A DNA stretch of 64,000 nucleotides from Gemmatimonas sp. (lineage in GTDB: Bacteria > Gemmatimonadota > Gemmatimonadetes > Gemmatimonadales > Gemmatimonadaceae), in the NCBI GenBank assembly GCA_965279375.1, contig OZ257156.1, positions 3,712,001 to 3,776,000 of the forward strand. The letters run 5' to 3'. The position numbers and the translations under genes are program-made. A model generated the notes under the pieces. The model saw nothing but the letters and a program-made list of their open reading frames with translations. It did no database searches and had not been told where the DNA came from. The first letter of the stretch is position 1; the number at the start of each line of letters is the position of its first letter. Shown piece by piece: positions 41,365 to 52,461 of this stretch.

Positions 41365-41682
41365 GTGTCCCGTCCTGCTAGTGTGAACGAGCCCGAGGCT
41401 CGGAGATGTGCTCTGAGGCCGTCGGTGTTCGGACGGCAGAGGCCACACTAGGAGGCGACGTCAGCGCTCCGTCATCCGGGCGCGCGGAATTGATCGGCGG
41501 GGCGTTGGAAGAGTCGTCGGATGGGGCGATGGCTCTGGAGCGAACGCTGCGCTGGGAGAGGGAATGCGGGGGGGCCACTCCACAGGGCGGGAAGATTCGC
41601 TATCTTGCTGTGCTCTCAACGAGTGCCGTGTCCGCAGGTGGTCTGTGGCCGCGTCCTTCTTCCAACACGCAGGCTTTCACGT

Positions 41683-42348
41683 ATGGCGCAGGCAACCCGA
41701 TCCGCCGTGGCTCCGGCCGAACTCTCGGACGATCCGATCGAGAACGTGACGTCGTGGATTCAGTCGAACTCGAAGCCGCTACTGGGTGGTGTTGCCGCGA
41801 TTGCGGTGGCTGCGGTGGCGATCTTCGTGTACCGCTCGAACGATGCGTCGACTCGCGAGAAGGCGTCGCGCGCGCTGTACGAGGCGCAGTCCCCGTTGAC
41901 GCAGGGCAAGTACGACGAGGCGGCGTCGGCGTTGGAGAAGGTGGCGACGCGCTACGGCAGTACGACGGCCGGGCAGCAGGCGTCGATCCTGTTGGCGCAC
42001 GCGCTGTTCGAGCAGAAGAAGTACGATCTCGGGATCGCACAGCTCGAAAAGGCGAAGGGGTCAGCGGGCGCGGAGTTCGCTTCGGGAATGGAGGCGACGA
42101 TCGCTGCGGGTTATGAAGCGCAGGGGAAATTCGCTGAGGCGGCAGATCACTTCGGCAAGGCGGCGGCGGCGTCCAAGTTCGCGCTGGAAAAGGGCAATCT
42201 GCAGTCGTCGCAGGCGCGTGCGCTGATGTTGGCTGGCAAGTCTGCGGAGGCGCGGAAGGTTTGGGAGGAGCTGAGCAAGGACGAGAGCCTGCCATTTGCG
42301 CAGGAGGCCCAGGTTCGACTGGGCGAGATCATCGGCGCTGGGAAGTAA
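41683..42348 (+). CDS. Membrane-anchored TPR protein (YfgM-like)
   Basis: One N-terminal transmembrane helix after WIQSNSK, followed by TPR-like helical repeats. Confidence 0.75.
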   Translation: MAQATRSAVAPAELSDDPIENVTSWIQSNSKPLLGGVAAIAVAAVAIFVYRSNDASTREKASRALYEAQSPLTQGKYDEAASALEKVATRYGSTTAGQQASILLAHALFEQKKYDLGIAQLEKAKGSAGAEFASGMEATIAAGYEAQGKFAEAADHFGKAAAASKFALEKGNLQSSQARALMLAGKSAEARKVWEELSKDESLPFAQEAQVRLGEIIGAGK

Positions 42349-42671
42349 GCTTCGGGCGGCGGCCTGCGAGTTGGCGTGGTGTGGAATTCGCAGGCGCGCG
42401 TTTGATTGTGATCTGAGACGGTTCGATGCGGCCTGGATCTGTTGATCCGGGCCGTTTGCGTTTGTGGCAATTGACGGGTGCAACTGTCGCCGTCGTGTCG
42501 AGAGTCCTCGCTGTCGGTTTCGGTGCCGATCGTGGTGGGTGGTCGACCGGCGCGATTGGTCTGACGGGCGCGCGTTGAGGCGGTCGGGAACCGTTCGGCA
42601 TCAAACCCGACATTAGCTGCACAGTAACGGGCCGTTTACGAGACAGCGAAGGTCGGCATGCGTGATATACA

Positions 42672-42699
42672 AGTGCGTATAATACATGTTATGTAAACC
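42672..42699 (+). other. dif chromosome dimer resolution site (XerC/XerD)
   Basis: AGTGCGTATAA-TACATG-TTATGTAAACC: 9/11 and 8/11 identity to E. coli XerC and XerD arms with a 6-bp spacer; lies at the gene-orientation switch. Confidence 0.88.
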
Positions 42700-42705
42700 A
42701 AACAG

Positions 42706-42858
42706 CGTGGATAACTGTGGGAAATCCCCACGGCATGGTTATCGACGGTGTGTTGATGATCTACCCAAGACCTTCATTAGCAACGCCTTAGATCGTGTTA
42801 TCTAGCGCAGTTTCTCGCGCGACGGCGCACAGATCGGCAATCTGTGCACCTGTCCACA
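42706..42858. promoter_or_regulatory. Cluster of DnaA-box-like 9-mers
   Basis: CGTGGATAA 42706-42714, TGTGGGAAA 42716-42724, TTATCGACG 42739-42747, CTGTCCACA 42850-42858. Confidence 0.45.
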
Positions 42859-42925
42859 TAAAAACCGAGAGTTTTCCAGCTCGATCTCCAGCACGGCGCA
42901 AACGCCGGCGAGATCGCCACCAGAA

Positions 42926-43813
42926 TCACCCAATCAGTGTCGCTATTCGGCCGCGAAAAACCACGCGACCCTCCCCGCGTAGAGTCGGGCCAATGGCCCG
43001 CACGGCGTCGGAATTCGTTGGCAGCGTGATCGTCAGATCACGGCCGGAGCTCGTCCGAATGGTCACCGGTGAATCGGCGAGCCCCCAGGCCTGCAGCAAG
43101 ACCGCCGTCGCCACCGCGCCAGTTCCGCAGGCCAACGTCTCACCCTCAACGCCCCGCTCGAACGTCCGGTAGCGCCAGCGACCATCGGGTCGAGCCGACA
43201 CCCAGTTCACGTTGGCGCCCGCCGGACTCAGGCTGGGATGTTGTCGAAGACCCGGGCCACGCGCCGGAACGTCCACCTTATCGGCATCCTCGCACAGCAC
43301 GACCAGGTGCGGAATGCCGGCGATCGCGAAGCCCACGCGATGCTCGCCCTCGACCAGCGAGACATTCATATGAGGGCGCACGTCGACCACGGGCTGCAGC
43401 TCGATCTCAGGCTCCGCGTCCACGATTCGGCTTCTGATTTCGCCTGCGGGCGTCATCAGCGACATGCCGTCGGATCGGCCGAACCCGAGCATCGCGCTCA
43501 TGGTCGTCGAACACAGCGTCGCGTTTCCGCACAGGTCCGCTGGGGTGCCGTCGCTATTGTAGTAATGAATCCGCGCGTCGGCTGGTGCGGGCCCTGGCTC
43601 AAGCACAACGAGACCGTCCGCTCCTATCCCGTTGTAGCGATTACAGATAGCAGATATGATCTCAGGTCGCGTGAGAAGTTCGAGCGACGCCTCTCGACTA
43701 TCGAAGAACACAAAGTCATTGCCGGAACCCGTCATCTTGGCGAACGGAATTCCGGTCAGCGCGTCGGTCGGAAACGACACGGCGGTCAGAGCCGACCCGT
43801 CATGGCCCACCAT
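42926..43813 (-). CDS. dapF: Diaminopimelate epimerase (start may be 43780)
   Basis: KMTGSGNDF, GIGADG, CGNA, TFERGVEGETLACGTG. Confidence 0.95.
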   Translation of the reverse strand: MVGHDGSALTAVSFPTDALTGIPFAKMTGSGNDFVFFDSREASLELLTRPEIISAICNRYNGIGADGLVVLEPGPAPADARIHYYNSDGTPADLCGNATLCSTTMSAMLGFGRSDGMSLMTPAGEIRSRIVDAEPEIELQPVVDVRPHMNVSLVEGEHRVGFAIAGIPHLVVLCEDADKVDVPARGPGLRQHPSLSPAGANVNWVSARPDGRWRYRTFERGVEGETLACGTGAVATAVLLQAWGLADSPVTIRTSSGRDLTITLPTNSDAVRAIGPTLRGEGRVVFRGRIATLIG

Positions 43814-44547
43814 CGGAGCCTCCAGACCATCAGGATCGCTTCACGCACAATCCCCTTCGACATCTTCGACTCGCCTTCCGTGCGATCGTGGAAGACGATC
43901 GGAATTTCAGCGATACGAAAGCCCTTCCTCCACGCACGGAAGCTCATCTCGATCTGGAAACCGTAGCCGTTGGAGCGGACCTCATCCAGGGGGATCGCCT
44001 GCAGCAGTTCACGCCGAAAGCATCGGAAGCCGCCGGTGGCATCGCCCAGTCGCATGCCGGTGATGGCTCGCGCATAGATGTTCGCGCCGTACGAAAGCAG
44101 CAGTCGAGACATCGGCCAATTCACTACGGTGACCTTGCCGTCCCGATACCTCGAGCCGAGGACCAGGTCGACATCACGGATCGCCGCCAGGAACTCCGGC
44201 AGATGACGCGGGTCGTGCGAGAAGTCCGCATCCATCTCGAAGATGTACGCGTAGTCGGACGCCAACGCCCATGCGAAGCCTGCCAGATAGGCACGGCCGA
44301 GTCCCTGCTTCCCGGGACGGTGCAGAACGTGAATACGACTGTTCTTGCTGGCCATCTCATCGACGAGCTTTCCGGTACCGTCCGGAGAGTTGTCGTCCAC
44401 CACGAGCACCTCGATGAGCGGATCCTGCTCCAAGATCTGCGGCACGATGCGGGTGACGTTCTCGCTTTCGTTGTACGTCGGCACGATGACGAGCGCGCGC
44501 TCGCCTGCTGCGATCGAGCCTCGTGCGGGCGTCGGGGTACGGGTCAA
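43786..44547 (-). CDS. Polyprenol monophosphomannose synthase (GT2, DPM1-like)
   Basis: VPTYNE, DDNSPDGT, MDADFSH, DATGGFR; TTG start after GAGGAG. Confidence 0.88.
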   Translation of the reverse strand: MTRTPTPARGSIAAGERALVIVPTYNESENVTRIVPQILEQDPLIEVLVVDDNSPDGTGKLVDEMASKNSRIHVLHRPGKQGLGRAYLAGFAWALASDYAYIFEMDADFSHDPRHLPEFLAAIRDVDLVLGSRYRDGKVTVVNWPMSRLLLSYGANIYARAITGMRLGDATGGFRCFRRELLQAIPLDEVRSNGYGFQIEMSFRAWRKGFRIAEIPIVFHDRTEGESKMSKGIVREAILMVWRLRWWAMTGRL

Positions 44548-44814
44548 AGCAAACTCCTCAGGCGATCGCCGGCGAATGCGGCCGGTACGCGTTATGTCCA
44601 ACCCCGAGAGACGGACACGCTGCAGTCCGCGCTGCCAGGGCCATCGTTGTCCAATGATGTTCGGAGCGCGATCGACGGAGCGCGCATGTCGCGCCGGCGT
44701 CGACGCTTACTACCCCACGGAAAGTAAAATCTGCCATGCCAATCGGCGCCGGGGGACGTACAAGAACTCCGCTCGACGTCGAACTGTCACCAATCGAACA
44801 CTTCAACCTCACGG

Positions 44815-45789
44815 TCAACGTGCGCCCGACGGCTTGGCGGCAGCAGTCCGTGGCAGAAAAGCCAATGCGACCAATCCAGGCAACACTTCAACAACGGTCA
44901 GCCAGAGGCGGGAGGAGAGAGCGAGCAAGGTCGCGTCCGCCTTCGAGGCGATGCCGAGTGAAACCAGCAGTGCAACCATGACCGCTTCGCGCACGCCGAT
45001 ACCACCGGGCGCGAACAGCATCAGGTAGCCCCACAGATACGACGCGGCGTAAACTGCGATGAACAGCTGCGGCGCGCCACCGATCTGCGGCGTCACGCCG
45101 CGGGTAAAAAGGGCGAAAGCGAGTCCGTATCCGATCCAGGATATCGCATGCAACAGCGTGACGAGCCACAGCGTGGACGCCGGCAAGTGTTTCGGCAGCG
45201 GCGGTAAACCCCGCCATAGCGCAATCCGCGTTAGAACGGGCGGCAGAAGCCTCGGCAGCAACGCCACGCCGACGACGAAGACTCCGCTTCCGGCGAACGC
45301 AGCGTTGCGCATCCAAGGGGTGATCCGTTCCAACTCGGCGGCGCCGGCCAGCGCAATCACACCCAAGCCCGCGCCGATGTTCAGCAGCGCGTTGAGCAGC
45401 GCCGCCCCGCCGGCACTGATCGCCGACGCTCCCTCGCGCTGAGCGAGCATGCCCATCGCACCGATCGACCAGACCTTGCCGGGCAGATACTTGCCGAGGT
45501 TCGAGACGGTCCAGATACGGATCGCGGCGCCAAAGGACAGCGTACTTCCCCACCCCGCCAGCAACAGTCGCCAGGTCTGGATGAGTAGCGCATGCACCGC
45601 GAGCACCAGCGCGGCCGATGCCAGAATCCATCCCCAGTTGAGTTGCGCGGCCTTGGCGGACTGCCCGAGCTCCTGCCATTGGCCGGCGATGGCTTTACCG
45701 GCGAGGACCAGCGTCACGAGCAGCAACGCCACCTGCACCACCCGCCAGATCGTGGACTTCGTCGAGCGCACCTGCACGGGATCAGCCAC
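44815..45789 (-). CDS. Lysylphosphatidylglycerol-synthase-TM (AglD-like flippase) domain membrane protein
   Basis: SNLGKYLPGKVW, APGGIGVRE, multiple transmembrane helices. Confidence 0.8.
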   Translation of the reverse strand: MADPVQVRSTKSTIWRVVQVALLLVTLVLAGKAIAGQWQELGQSAKAAQLNWGWILASAALVLAVHALLIQTWRLLLAGWGSTLSFGAAIRIWTVSNLGKYLPGKVWSIGAMGMLAQREGASAISAGGAALLNALLNIGAGLGVIALAGAAELERITPWMRNAAFAGSGVFVVGVALLPRLLPPVLTRIALWRGLPPLPKHLPASTLWLVTLLHAISWIGYGLAFALFTRGVTPQIGGAPQLFIAVYAASYLWGYLMLFAPGGIGVREAVMVALLVSLGIASKADATLLALSSRLWLTVVEVLPGLVALAFLPRTAAAKPSGAR

Positions 45790-46963
45790 GCGCGACGGCC
45801 TCGCCGTACACCTGGGCGTAGCGCTCAGCGACCACGTCTGGGGCGAAGCTCGCGAGCATGGCCTCACGCGCGATCTGGCCTGTTCGCAGCGCCTCCGTCG
45901 GGTTCGCGAGCAAACGGGCAAGTGAGACGGCCAGCGCGGCGACATCGCCGGGCATGACCAACGAGCCTCCTGCGTCCGGACGAACGACATCGGTAAGGCC
46001 GCCACTCGCGTAGGCGACCACTGGCGTCCCGCAGAGCTGCGCCTCCACCGCGACCAGCCCCAACCCTTCCTCGATTGACGGGACGGCGAGACAAATGGCC
46101 TGCTGATAGAACGGCACCAACGCGGGCTGCGATAGCGCGCCGTGCCAGCGCACGCGCGCAGCGACACCCAGTTCTCCTGCCTGTCTTTGCAACGCACCCG
46201 CGTCCGGGCCGTCTCCCACGACATCGAGAGTGGCTTCTCGAAGCGCGGGTTGCGCCAGCGCGGTCAGTAGCGCGGCGAGTCCCTTCTGCGAGTTGAGGCG
46301 TCCGACGAAGAGTATTCCACGGCGCGAAGTCTCTGGATGGCCCGCGGAAAAGTGGCGGGTATCCACCGGCATCGGCGCGACGCGAAGTCGAGTGCCGGGT
46401 GCGATGCGCAGAATGGCATCGGCCAGCCAGTTGGAGACGGCGGTACACTCACGCGCCTGCGCCAGGACCGCTCGCATGACCGGATGCGCCGGAGCGGTAG
46501 CCTGCGCCAAACGGACATCGGAGCCGTGCATGGTGATGACGAGGGGCGGACGCTGCGAGCCGGTCGCTCGCCAGAGCGCGAGCCCCGCCGGGAACCACCA
46601 ATGCGCGTGCACCACGTCGTACGGATCGCCAGCACGTTCGGCGGCGCGGACCGCATCACGCACGGCGCGACGCAAGGCGCGGAGCAAGCCGAACAGCGCG
46701 AAGCGTCCGCTCCAAGACCCGCGCACGTCCTCGGCCATGGTGCCGGTGTACGCGAGGGTCATGTCGGCATCGCTCGCGTACCGCACGCGACGGATCGAGA
46801 CGCCCTCGAGCGCATCATGCTCGGGAAGGCCTGCGGCGCCCGGTGCGACGATGTCCACGCGATGGCCGCCTGACTGGAGCGCGGTGGCGAGGCGGAGCAC
46901 GAACGATCCGGCGGCGTCGCCGTCAAATCGCGGAACGCTATGCGTGACGAACAGAACCCGCAC
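45782..46963 (-). CDS. Glycosyltransferase family 4
   Basis: VHAHW, FVGRLNSQKG, EEGLGLVAVEA (EX7E). Confidence 0.9.
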   Translation of the reverse strand: MRVLFVTHSVPRFDGDAAGSFVLRLATALQSGGHRVDIVAPGAAGLPEHDALEGVSIRRVRYASDADMTLAYTGTMAEDVRGSWSGRFALFGLLRALRRAVRDAVRAAERAGDPYDVVHAHWWFPAGLALWRATGSQRPPLVITMHGSDVRLAQATAPAHPVMRAVLAQARECTAVSNWLADAILRIAPGTRLRVAPMPVDTRHFSAGHPETSRRGILFVGRLNSQKGLAALLTALAQPALREATLDVVGDGPDAGALQRQAGELGVAARVRWHGALSQPALVPFYQQAICLAVPSIEEGLGLVAVEAQLCGTPVVAYASGGLTDVVRPDAGGSLVMPGDVAALAVSLARLLANPTEALRTGQIAREAMLASFAPDVVAERYAQVYGEAVARG

Positions 46964-46978
46964 GAAGACGCGCGATGC

Positions 46979-47995
46979 TCAGGCGCTGTCGCGCGAAGGC
47001 TCCGCGCCAGCGTCGGAGGCGACCTGCCGCTGATTGGCGTCTTCGAGCTCGCGTCGCAACTCACGGAGCTCGGCGCGCTGCTGGGCGATCTGCTCGCCGA
47101 GCAGGCCGGTGGAGAAGAACATCGCGCCGAGGATGAGGCAGGTCTGCACCACCGTCCAGACAGCTCGGATCCCGACGCCATTGAAGGCGAGCACGCCAAG
47201 CGCCACGATGCCCGCGAGCAGTCCAACGGTGAAGATCGCGGCGCCGAGCATGCCGAAGGCGAGGAGCGGCTTCTGGCCGAATCGGAGTTCGAACCAAACG
47301 GCGAGCATGTCGAGCACGCCGATGGGGATGCGCGACCAGCCGAACTTGGAGCGGCCTGAATGGCGCGCGTAGAGCGGAATCGGGACTTCGCTCACGGTGA
47401 AACCCTGCGCGACGGCCAGCACGATCATGTAGCGGTGGAAATCCGGTCGCATGGGAAGCGACGCCATGATTTCCCGACGATAGGCCTTCACGTTGTTGAG
47501 ATCGCGCACGGGCACGTGAAAGAGCGTCCGACTGAGCCGGTTGTAGATGCTCGAGACGAAGGCCTTCTCGTAGACGCCCTGTTTGTACCCGGTGACCATG
47601 TCCGACTGGTCGGCGAGGATCGGCGCGACGAGGCTCGGGATGTCTTCCGGCTTGAACTGCAGGTCGGCGGGATAGAAGACGAGAATATCGCCGCGCGCGT
47701 GCAGGTATCCCGTGCGCAGTGCTTCCGCGATGCCGCGTTGCGCGCGATGGCGCACCGGACGTACGAACGCGTGCTCGCTGGCCAGTTGCTCGAGGAGTGC
47801 CCAGCTGCCGTCGGTAGAGCCATCGTCGATGATGACGACTTCGTAGCGCGCCTGCTGCGCGCGCATCATCTCGTCGCACAATTCCACGAAGAGGCGGAGA
47901 TTGCCGACTTCGTCCTTCGCGGGGACGAGGACGCTCACATCGACGCGTCGAGCGGGGGCGCTACGTGCAGGCGGCGTGAAGGACAGTGCAGTCAC
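46979..47995 (-). CDS. Glycosyltransferase family 2 with two C-terminal TM helices (ArnC/GtrB-like)
   Basis: VPAKDE, DDGSTDGS, ADLQ, FHRY, C-terminal hydrophobic hairpin. Confidence 0.85.
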   Translation of the reverse strand: MTALSFTPPARSAPARRVDVSVLVPAKDEVGNLRLFVELCDEMMRAQQARYEVVIIDDGSTDGSWALLEQLASEHAFVRPVRHRAQRGIAEALRTGYLHARGDILVFYPADLQFKPEDIPSLVAPILADQSDMVTGYKQGVYEKAFVSSIYNRLSRTLFHVPVRDLNNVKAYRREIMASLPMRPDFHRYMIVLAVAQGFTVSEVPIPLYARHSGRSKFGWSRIPIGVLDMLAVWFELRFGQKPLLAFGMLGAAIFTVGLLAGIVALGVLAFNGVGIRAVWTVVQTCLILGAMFFSTGLLGEQIAQQRAELRELRRELEDANQRQVASDAGAEPSRDSA

Positions 47996-48011
47996 GAGGC
48001 GACGGTTCGGG

Positions 48012-49502
48012 TCAGATGCGCTTGCGCATGCGTGCGGGAAGCACGCCCAGCTGATCACGATACTTCGCCACGGTCCGTCGCGCGATCTGGACGCCGGTTT
48101 GCTGCAGGATTTCGACGATCGCCTGGTCGGTCAGCGGGTTCTTCGTATCCTCGCCGGAGACCAGCTTGGAGATCTGATCCTTGATGCCGCGCGCGGAAAC
48201 GTCGTCGCCGTCGCTGGTTGAGAGGCCCGACGAGAAGAAGTACTTGAGGGGCAGCACACCACGCGGCGTCTGCACGAACTTCTCGTTGGTCACACGGCTG
48301 ACGGTGGACTCGTGCATGCCGACCGCTTCGGCGACTTCGCGAAGGGTGAGCGGGCGCAGCGACTGCACGCCCCGTTCGAAGAAGTCGCGTTGCCGCTCGA
48401 CGATGTAGTGCATGACCTTGAGCATCGTCTGGCGACGCTGTTCGATGGCCTGGATCATCCAGTTCGCCGAGTTCAGCTTGCTGGCGATGAAGTCCTTGCT
48501 CTCGGTGTCGAACTGCTTCTTGTCGCGGGCAATATCCTGATAGGCGCGCGACAGCTTGAGTCGCGGCAGGTTGCCATCGTTCAGGAAGATGTGGTAGTTC
48601 CCGTCGATCTTGTCGATGACGAGATCGGGGATGATGTAGTTGTCGCTGCCGGCGGAGAAGCGGAGCCCCGGCTTCGGATCGAGCTTGGCGATTGCGTCGG
48701 CGGCGGTTTGCACTTCCTGCGCACTGATGCCGATGCGCTTGGAGAGTTCGCTCCAGCGGTGACCGATCAGCTCCTCGAACGATTCGTCGACGAGACGATA
48801 CGAGAGAGCTTCACGTTGCCCCGCGGCACGCAGCTGGAGCAGCAGGCACTCACGCAGGTCGCGCGCGCCGACGCCCGGTGGGTCGAGATCCTGAATGATC
48901 TGCAGCATCGCCAGCATTTCGGCATCGCTGAACGGCTCGACGGTGGTCTCGCTTTCGCGCTCTTCCGATTCGCGAAGCAGCAGATCGTTCACGCCGTCGC
49001 GGATGGTCTCGAGCGGGCACGCGAGGTAGCCGTCGTCAGAGATGTTGCCGACGAATTCATCGGCGAGAAACGCCTGTCGCGCCGAGAGCTCGAGCAGCGA
49101 GAGCTGCTCTGTCAGATGATCTGACAGATGCTTGGTATCGACCGTGACTGGCTCGTACCACTCGCGATCCTCGTGCTCTTCGCGCTGGCCGCCAGTTTCG
49201 AAGCCGTCGAGGAGCACGGCTTCCCAATCTACGTCGTCATCGCCGGTCTTCTCGGGCTCCGCTTCGGCCGTCGGCTCAGGCTCGGCGAGATTCTCCGGCT
49301 CCGCGACTTCGTCCGGATCGGGTGATTCTTCGTCTTCGTCGGGATCGACGAGTTCGAGGAACGGGTTGGTGAGCAATTCCTGCTTCAGGTGCTGCTGGAG
49401 GTCGAGTAGGGGCATGTAGAGCAAATCCATCGCCTGATACAGGCGTGGATTGACCTTCATCTCCTGCCGAAGTCCTGTGCTCTGTTGAAGACCCGTTCTC
49501 AT
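48012..49502 (-). CDS. rpoN: RNA polymerase sigma-54 factor
   Basis: HESTVSR HTH and ARRTVAKYR RpoN box. Confidence 0.97.
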   Translation of the reverse strand: MRTGLQQSTGLRQEMKVNPRLYQAMDLLYMPLLDLQQHLKQELLTNPFLELVDPDEDEESPDPDEVAEPENLAEPEPTAEAEPEKTGDDDVDWEAVLLDGFETGGQREEHEDREWYEPVTVDTKHLSDHLTEQLSLLELSARQAFLADEFVGNISDDGYLACPLETIRDGVNDLLLRESEERESETTVEPFSDAEMLAMLQIIQDLDPPGVGARDLRECLLLQLRAAGQREALSYRLVDESFEELIGHRWSELSKRIGISAQEVQTAADAIAKLDPKPGLRFSAGSDNYIIPDLVIDKIDGNYHIFLNDGNLPRLKLSRAYQDIARDKKQFDTESKDFIASKLNSANWMIQAIEQRRQTMLKVMHYIVERQRDFFERGVQSLRPLTLREVAEAVGMHESTVSRVTNEKFVQTPRGVLPLKYFFSSGLSTSDGDDVSARGIKDQISKLVSGEDTKNPLTDQAIVEILQQTGVQIARRTVAKYRDQLGVLPARMRKRI

Positions 49503-50743
49503 TCTGCGAGCACTCCCTCATCGGCTTCCGCGAAGCGCGCGCGAAGTCGCGCAGTCAGCGTGGGCCCCAGATAAATCTCCGCCACCGTGTCGTCATAGAC
49601 GAGTTCACGAACCGTGCCAGAAACTTTCACCTGCCCGTCGAACATGATGTACGCGCGATCGACAATGTCCAGTGTCTGTTCAACATTGTGATCGCTGATC
49701 AAGACGCCAATACCACGGTGTCGCAAATCGGACACGATGGACTGGATGTCGTGCACGGCGATCGGATCGACGCCGGCAAACGGTTCATCCAGCATCATGA
49801 ACTTAGGCTGCGTCACGAGCGCGCGTGTGATTTCGAGGCGCCGCCGTTCACCACCGGAAAGCTGAAACGCGCGACTGTGTCGTAAGCGCTTGATACCGAG
49901 CTCGTCGAGGAGCGTCTCCAAACGCGTCGCGCGTTCTTCGGCCGAGATCGGCAAGGTCTCGAGAATCGCGAGGATGTTTTGCTCGACCGTGAGCTTGCGG
50001 AAGATCGACGGCTCCTGCGAGAGGTAGCCGATTCCCTGCCGCGCTCGCTGATACATCGGCATGTTCGTGATGTCCTTGCCGTCGAGCTCAATGCGCCCGG
50101 ACTGCGGCTCGATCAATCCCACGAGCATGTAGAACGTCGTCGTCTTGCCCGCACCGTTGGGGCCCAGCAGCCCGACGATTTCACCCTGCGCCACCCGGAG
50201 CGCCACGTCGTGTACCACGCGCCGTCCGCGATAGACCTTGACCAGCCCTTCGGCGGAGAGGATGGACGGATTCTCGATCGGCGCCGACGGCGTGGGGGGC
50301 TGCGTCCGCGCGGGCACCGGGTACTCTCCGGTCAGCTTGAGCGCCTGACTCACCTCGCCTCGGCGATCCGCGAGCGATGCCCACAGTCCAGCTTCCACGG
50401 CCACCGGGGTATCCGGGTTGGTCGGCGCATCGGCCGACCACACCACCGCGCCGGGCTCGGCCAGCCGCGGGAGAATGGCCGTGGCCAGATGGCTCCGTAC
50501 TTCCTCGGGGGATAGCCGCGCCGATTCTGCGGAAATGTCCCGTCCTTCGGCCTGCAGGCGCGCCAATAGGGACTCCCGATAGCGCGTCGCCACGGCGTGC
50601 AGCGGTGCGCGCCCGTCGGCGTCGGCGACGTCGAAGAGGGCCGCGAGCGCCGCTGCGAGAGAGCGGTCGCCGTGGGCGTAGCGCGCCACGAGCGAGGCGA
50701 TCGGATCGCTACCAGAGGGCACGGCGGACTGGGAGTCGGTCAT
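49499..50743 (-). CDS. lptB: LPS export ABC ATPase LptB with about 160-aa N-terminal extension
   Basis: [43 protein letters not shown] overlap with upstream gene. Confidence 0.93.
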   Translation of the reverse strand: MTDSQSAVPSGSDPIASLVARYAHGDRSLAAALAALFDVADADGRAPLHAVATRYRESLLARLQAEGRDISAESARLSPEEVRSHLATAILPRLAEPGAVVWSADAPTNPDTPVAVEAGLWASLADRRGEVSQALKLTGEYPVPARTQPPTPSAPIENPSILSAEGLVKVYRGRRVVHDVALRVAQGEIVGLLGPNGAGKTTTFYMLVGLIEPQSGRIELDGKDITNMPMYQRARQGIGYLSQEPSIFRKLTVEQNILAILETLPISAEERATRLETLLDELGIKRLRHSRAFQLSGGERRRLEITRALVTQPKFMMLDEPFAGVDPIAVHDIQSIVSDLRHRGIGVLISDHNVEQTLDIVDRAYIMFDGQVKVSGTVRELVYDDTVAEIYLGPTLTARLRARFAEADEGVLAE

Positions 50744-52458
50744 GAACGGCGACGCGGGACGGAAGAAAGCACGGTGGCCGGCTCCGGTGCGACGAGTGGA
50801 CGTGGCGTCGGAAACGGTCGAACTGGGACGGAAGCGGATGCCTGCGAGAGACGCTGTGACGGCGGTCGCGAAGCTCGGCCAGATCCCGCGGGCGGACGGC
50901 GAGTTCCTCGACGCTTCGTGGTATCCGACAGACTGTCGGCGGCGGGTTCGAGATACACACCGGACGCGGTCGAATCGATGGACACGTCCCGGATCTGTCC
51001 GCTGTCGAACTGGACCAGGATGTTCTTCCCGCGCGAGTAGTTCAGCGCTGGTGGAAAGGTCGGCCCCTGGCGCGAGGCAACCTGGAAGAGCGAGCTGGCG
51101 TTGCCGAGCGCTTCGATCTGGCGAATGGCGGGCTGCGAGGTGTCGCCCTTGAACTTGGCGCTGTCGAACCGCGCGATGACCGTATCACCGCGCAGGAGGT
51201 CGCGATCCTCCGACTTGATCTTGAGCGTGTCGGGGATGCCGGTAGCGACAGCCGTGCCGATGGCGCGCAACTCACTGACGCGCTGGTCGGGCATGACGAT
51301 GTGCAGCGAGTCGGCGACGACGTCCTGCTGCGGCGTATGCGCCTTCGATCGCCCGCCGTAGGCAAACGCTTCTGACAGCTTCTGCGCGACCAAGCGCAGA
51401 TCGATGCGCTCGGCCTGCAGCGTCACGTCACTGTTGATCGCGGTGGCGTTGTGCAGTGCGAGGACGCGTTCCAGCTTGCGGTCCTTGCTGAACAGATCGA
51501 TCGTGTCGCCGTTCATCGTGAACTTCTTGGCCGAGTCGTTGTTCACGATCGACGCTTTGCGGATCAGTCGCGCGACTTCGGTGGTCTTGTTGAACGCGGC
51601 GGAGTCCGAACGCCCCGTCAGCCCCTGTCGCGTGATGACGACGCTCCCGATGCCGTAGAGCAAGCTGTCGCCGATGTCGATCATCGTCGCTGCGTTGAGT
51701 CGCACCGGTACGCCGGGTTTGCCCGTGCTGTCCTTCTCGATGATCGTTGCCGTCGGGTTGTTGGGCGCCACGAGCTTTGATTCGGTGCGCACGCCCACCA
51801 TCGGCCGAAAGTATTCGATGCTCGGCCCGGTGAACATGCTGCCACTGCCAGTCTGCGTGGCGATGACGCCACCGTCGGCAAAGAGCCGCTCCTCACGCGT
51901 GAAGTACGTCGCGTGCGTCGACTGAATGCGCATCTTTCCCGGCTCTTCGTACGTGACGTTGCCGAAGAGATTGAGAATGCCCGCGAGTTGAAAGTGCTCC
52001 GCGCTGTCGGCGCGGATGCGGTTGTTCTCACCCTGGCATCGTCCGACCAGCCCGCCGCCAATGAAGGTCGTGGCGTTGGTGCTGTCGATGCGCTGGTAGG
52101 TAAGGCGAGTTTCCGGCGGTGACTCGGAGAAGTCGAGCACGCACTGTTTGGCGGCCGGTGCCTTTCGTGGCTTCTTGGCATCGGCGGCGGCCTTCGCCTG
52201 TGCGGCGGAGTCCTTCGCGCTGACGACTTTAACCGGCTCCTTCTTCGCCGAGTCGGCAGCGACCTTCAGCGAGTCTTGCATCTTGGTGCTATCGGCGCGC
52301 GCCGCCACGGAATCGGGATTCGCAGCCGGTGCTGCGGCCGCTGGCGGTGGCGTCTTGGGCGGCGTCGCCGTGCCGCGCGCGCGTCCCACGAAGCACCCCG
52401 CGAACGCAGGGAGCAGCAGGACGGCGAGCAGCTGAGCGCAGCGACGGCGAGCGGTCAT
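50740..52458 (-). CDS. Extended LptA/OstA-like lipoprotein
   Basis: FAGC lipobox, repeated beta-jellyroll-like motifs (IRADSAE, GNVTY, GDTI, ATGI, ALGNA); lies between lptC and lptB. Confidence 0.7.
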   Translation of the reverse strand: MTARRRCAQLLAVLLLPAFAGCFVGRARGTATPPKTPPPAAAAPAANPDSVAARADSTKMQDSLKVAADSAKKEPVKVVSAKDSAAQAKAAADAKKPRKAPAAKQCVLDFSESPPETRLTYQRIDSTNATTFIGGGLVGRCQGENNRIRADSAEHFQLAGILNLFGNVTYEEPGKMRIQSTHATYFTREERLFADGGVIATQTGSGSMFTGPSIEYFRPMVGVRTESKLVAPNNPTATIIEKDSTGKPGVPVRLNAATMIDIGDSLLYGIGSVVITRQGLTGRSDSAAFNKTTEVARLIRKASIVNNDSAKKFTMNGDTIDLFSKDRKLERVLALHNATAINSDVTLQAERIDLRLVAQKLSEAFAYGGRSKAHTPQQDVVADSLHIVMPDQRVSELRAIGTAVATGIPDTLKIKSEDRDLLRGDTVIARFDSAKFKGDTSQPAIRQIEALGNASSLFQVASRQGPTFPPALNYSRGKNILVQFDSGQIRDVSIDSTASGVYLEPAADSLSDTTKRRGTRRPPAGSGRASRPPSQRLSQASASVPVRPFPTPRPLVAPEPATVLSSVPRRRS

Positions 52459-52461
52459 CGG

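Noticed and set aside
39947..41680. Prophage or integrative element at tRNA-Arg
   Set aside because: No integrase and no visible duplicated tRNA 3' end; only two small orphan genes
42349..42925. oriC interpretation of the AT-richer gap with DnaA-like boxes
   Set aside because: Genes converge on it, skew and KOPS-like polarity fit a terminus, a dif site is present, and no dnaA/dnaN/parAB is nearby; kept only as an alternative
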